From Octopus sinensis (Eukaryota): DNA of 64,000 bases. The notes beneath the pieces are model-generated. The model saw nothing but the letters and a program-made list of their open reading frames with translations. It made no database searches and was not told the DNA's origin. Location of the stretch: the NCBI RefSeq assembly GCF_006345805.1, contig NC_043018.1:12338001-12402000 (forward strand), given 5' to 3'. The position numbers were made by a program, and so were the translations under genes. Shown piece by piece: positions 60,601 to 64,000 of this stretch (its first letter is position 1; every line of letters begins with the position of its first letter).

Positions 60601-61310
60601 CTCCTCCTCCTCCTACTACTACTACCACCACCACCAACAACAACAGCCCAAATGAACAATACTTTGTAAAATGGTTACTAAAAAGAAGAGAATTTTTTTT
60701 TATGAAACCCATCATGTGAATTGAACTCATTTCATATTTTGGCTTTTGCCGACCCCTTCTCTTTTATTTGAAAATTAATTTTTATTACCATTTTATTTTA
60801 TTTCCATTTTTGTAAAATTTACTGTTTTTTTAATGTTGTTGTTATTATTATTATTATTATTATTATCATTATTATTATTATTCTTACCACCTGAGAATTT
60901 TTCTTTGATTTTGGAGTTAAACATATCAAATCTTAAAAGTAAAGTTAAAAAGAAAAACAAGCAAAAAAATCATGCAAAATTATTTTTTTAGCTGCATTTT
61001 GTCCTTTTGAGTTTTGTGTGTGTGAGCATGTATGTCTGTGTGTGTGTGTGTGTGTTATTGAGTTTGCTTTGATTTTGTTTTTTTTGTCATTTCTCCTCAC
61101 TCCCACCAAATCACTCATTTTCTCACAAATTTCAATGTGAGAAATTGAAAATGAAATGAACAAATATGTTATATTTCCTCTCTCTTTTCTATAAAACCAA
61201 CCAAAATGTAACATAACTGAACTAAGTTTTATAGGTTTTGAATTCACTGTTAAAATCAAAACCTAGAAAACAATAATTAACATTACACTTTGTTGCTTTA
61301 CAAATAAACG
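56498..61310 (+). other. Putative long 3'UTR of TMEM184B
   Basis: Follows the stop codon; no recognisable SINE for about 4.8 kb. AATAAA at 56673, 58024, 60011 and 61303. The true end is unknown. Confidence 0.4.
57040..57560 (+). repeat. Degenerate (CTAN)n tetramer region
   Basis: Recurrent CTAT, CTAG, CTAA and CTAC words. Confidence 0.6.
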
Positions 61311-61329
61311 ACAGTCGTTAGTCGTTATT

Positions 61330-62535
61330 ATTGGCAGAATTGTTTGAGCACCGGACAAAATGTCTTGTGATACTTAGTTACAGCTCTTTACTTTCTGAGT
61401 TTAAATTCTGTCATGGTCAACTTAGCCTTTTTATTCTTCCAGGGTCAATAAAATAGAGTATCTGTTAAGTAATGGGGTTGATTTAACCAATTCACACCTC
61501 CCCACAAATACCAGGCCTCGTGCATGTATTAGAAGCAATTATTAATATTAGAGACTATTTTAAAGACGGCAGCGCTGGCAGAATCATTACCAAACCAGTC
61601 TCAATGTTTAGCGGCATTTTATTCAGCTCTTTATGCTGTGAGCTGAAATTCTATTGAAGTCAATTTTGCCTTTTATTCTTTTGGGGTTGATGTAATCAAC
61701 CAGCTTCCACCCCATCCCCCAATATTTCAGGCTTTGTACCAATATTAGAAAGGATTATTATTATTGTTGTTGTTAGAAAGAGCAATGGAGTGACAGAATT
61801 AGTAGAACAAAATGCCTTGCAGTATTCGGTTATACTTCTTTACAGTCTGAGTTCAAATCCCACCAGGATCTAGTTTGCTTTTATTTTTCTTGGGTGCATA
61901 ATATAAGTACCTACTGAATTGATTTGATTGACTGCCCCTTTCCTTAAAATCTGTGGCCTTTTGTGCCAGTCTAAGAAACTATTGTCATCATGTCTCTTCC
62001 TGTTCTCAAATTCAACTTTGCTTTCATCCTTTCATCATCCTGAGATGTGGATGTCATACAGTAACTGAGTTGAACACCGGGGTTGTTGCAATTAATTACA
62101 AACCCTCTTGTAACCTAAAACAGGTGGGCCTTCGACCTATGTTCCAAATCATTATTATTATTACTATTTTTATAGAGCAGTAAGTCAAGAGAAGAGGTTT
62201 GCGCCATAAATGAAATGCCTTGTGGCATTTAGTCACCTTGTATCATTAAAATAATGTACCTTATTGGATACTAGGATGGATACAGTTGGAGCTAAACCTC
62301 AAGATTTATGGCCTACAGGCATCAAATTGGAAAAATTGTTTGCACATCAAACAAAATATCATGTAGCATGTTCCAGCTCTTTACATCCTGGGTTCAAATC
62401 CCACCAAGATCAACTTTCTTTTTATCCTTCTGATGTAAATAAAACAAAGCACCAGTCAAGTATTAGGGGTGGTATTGATTATTCCCCTCCCTGTAAAATT
62501 TCAGGCTTTGGGCCTATGTTAGAAACATTAATATT
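61330..62535 (+). mobile_element. Array of about five head-to-tail (TTA)-tailed SINEs
   Basis: Repeated GAGTT(C/T)AAAT core and CAGGC(C/T)TT/TTAGAA tails separated by ATT runs. Confidence 0.75.
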
Positions 62536-64000
62536 ACCAGAGTACAGAATCTGTAAAGGCCTGGCCGAAATACCATTGGGCTATTTTCTGTTCTTGGTTT
62601 CAAGTCTCACTTGTGTTCACGTTGCTTTTCATTTCTGAGAATTATATAAGCTTCAATAATTTACCAATACTTATTACTCCTCCTATCTCACATTTTCACC
62701 TGCATCCAGACTAGAATTGATCCAATTAACTATGCTCTCTGACTTACCTTTAGAAATTTAGCCATGGTCTTAAACTATAAAATCAAATCATTATTATTAT
62801 TAATGTTATATGGTTTTTAGGGAGGCTTTTAGGTTTTGGCCAATGTGGGGAGGGGACTTGGCAAAATCCATTGCGTTATCTGTTTTGGCTCTTTATCAAC
62901 TCTTCAAGAGTTGATAAAATTAATATTAGGGTACTTGTAATTCAGGGTCATGCTTCTATTATCCTAATAGATGTCTTCACACAAACACACACACACACAC
63001 ACATATAGATATATTTCAAAACTCAACCAAGTGAAGAATGGAAGCTGAGCTTTCCCACCATGACCATCTGTTTTGCATTTCTGTTTCTTCAGAGTTGTTG
63101 AATGCAAGTCTTTTGCAGTTGAATAAAACAGAAGATGGCAACACAAAGATTCAGAGTAAAAGTAGTGGGAAGTTGCAATGTTGAATATATATATATATAT
63201 ATATAAATGGAGAGAGAGAGACTGATAAAATCAATTTTAGACTGAAATAAGTACTGGGGTTGATATGGCAACTGAAACTTTTGAAAATTGTGCTCCAAAT
63301 GACTTGAGTCCAATAACTTTATAAGAGTAAAATACACAACACACACACACACACACACACACACAGAAGTATTGGGCTTTTTCCCCCATTTGTAAATAAT
63401 TCTGTATGTATGTGTGCTTATAATACTGGACCAAAACTAGTTACCCTTTCTTAGGGCAGGGTCTTTTCAAATTCCCTTATAAAATTTTTCCCAGGCTGTC
63501 GTCCTTCAATTTAACATGTCTAGCTTTTCGCTCATATGTCTGCCCCACCTCCCTTTCTTGGAGTCTCATTCCACAGGCAATTGTCCTATGTCCACCTGGA
63601 CAGAATTTTATATATCTAGAAAGTTCCGTGCTCTTTCCCCTGCCTTCAAACTTCACACTGTGAACAAAACACAAATCAATCAATCAATCAATCTATAAAA
63701 TAATGAAATGCATTTTGTGTTTTAATTTTTATTTTATATTTACAGTTTATATTTCTTCTTGTACAATGTATTCTAAATTAGTTTTGGAGGTCATTTCCCC
63801 CGATAAAGGTTTTGGGAACAAAGCACAAAATTTCTTTTGGTTTTTTTTTTCTCCTTTTTTTTTGGGGGGGGGGGGAGAGAAACTGTTGAAACAGCAGAGA
63901 TGTGTATCTTGTTGAAGTTGAAGGCCAATCTAGAAAGCCATGTTGAGAGGAAGGCCCGGGGTAGACGTCTGTACATAGACAGGCCTGTGTTACTGGATGT

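Noticed and set aside
63070-63180. Strong plus-strand acceptor-like sequence followed by a short frame
   Set aside because: TMEM184B already ends with a conserved terminus, and there is no donor or homology support.

Overview
Eukaryotic, very AT-rich and repeat-dense DNA. The repeat families look like those of a coleoid cephalopod, probably Octopus (inference; no database search was run). One complete protein-coding gene is supported: TMEM184B-like on the + strand, 7 coding exons from 22884 to 56497, 512 aa, all GT-AG with consistent phases. It has a Thr/Ala-rich N-terminal extension and probably a long 3'UTR. The rest is microsatellite and decayed mobile DNA: a Tx1/L1-type LINE, R4/Dong and RTE LINE fragments, mariner and Tc1 relics, a non-autonomous Helitron, a piggyBac-like MITE and several SINE families. 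Almost all other ORFs in the track are microsatellite artefacts or antisense shadows. Best leads: (1) a repeat present twice in intron 1 carries a sense-strand minimal type-I hammerhead-ribozyme-like motif; (2) a SINE shares its 3' tail with the Tx1 LINE, suggesting a SINE/LINE partnership and tail swapping; (3) (TTA/TAA)n microsatellites act as a shared insertion site for Tx1, Dong and SINEs; (4) long intronic hairpins are candidate ADAR or Dicer substrates; (5) a Tc1/mariner chimera.
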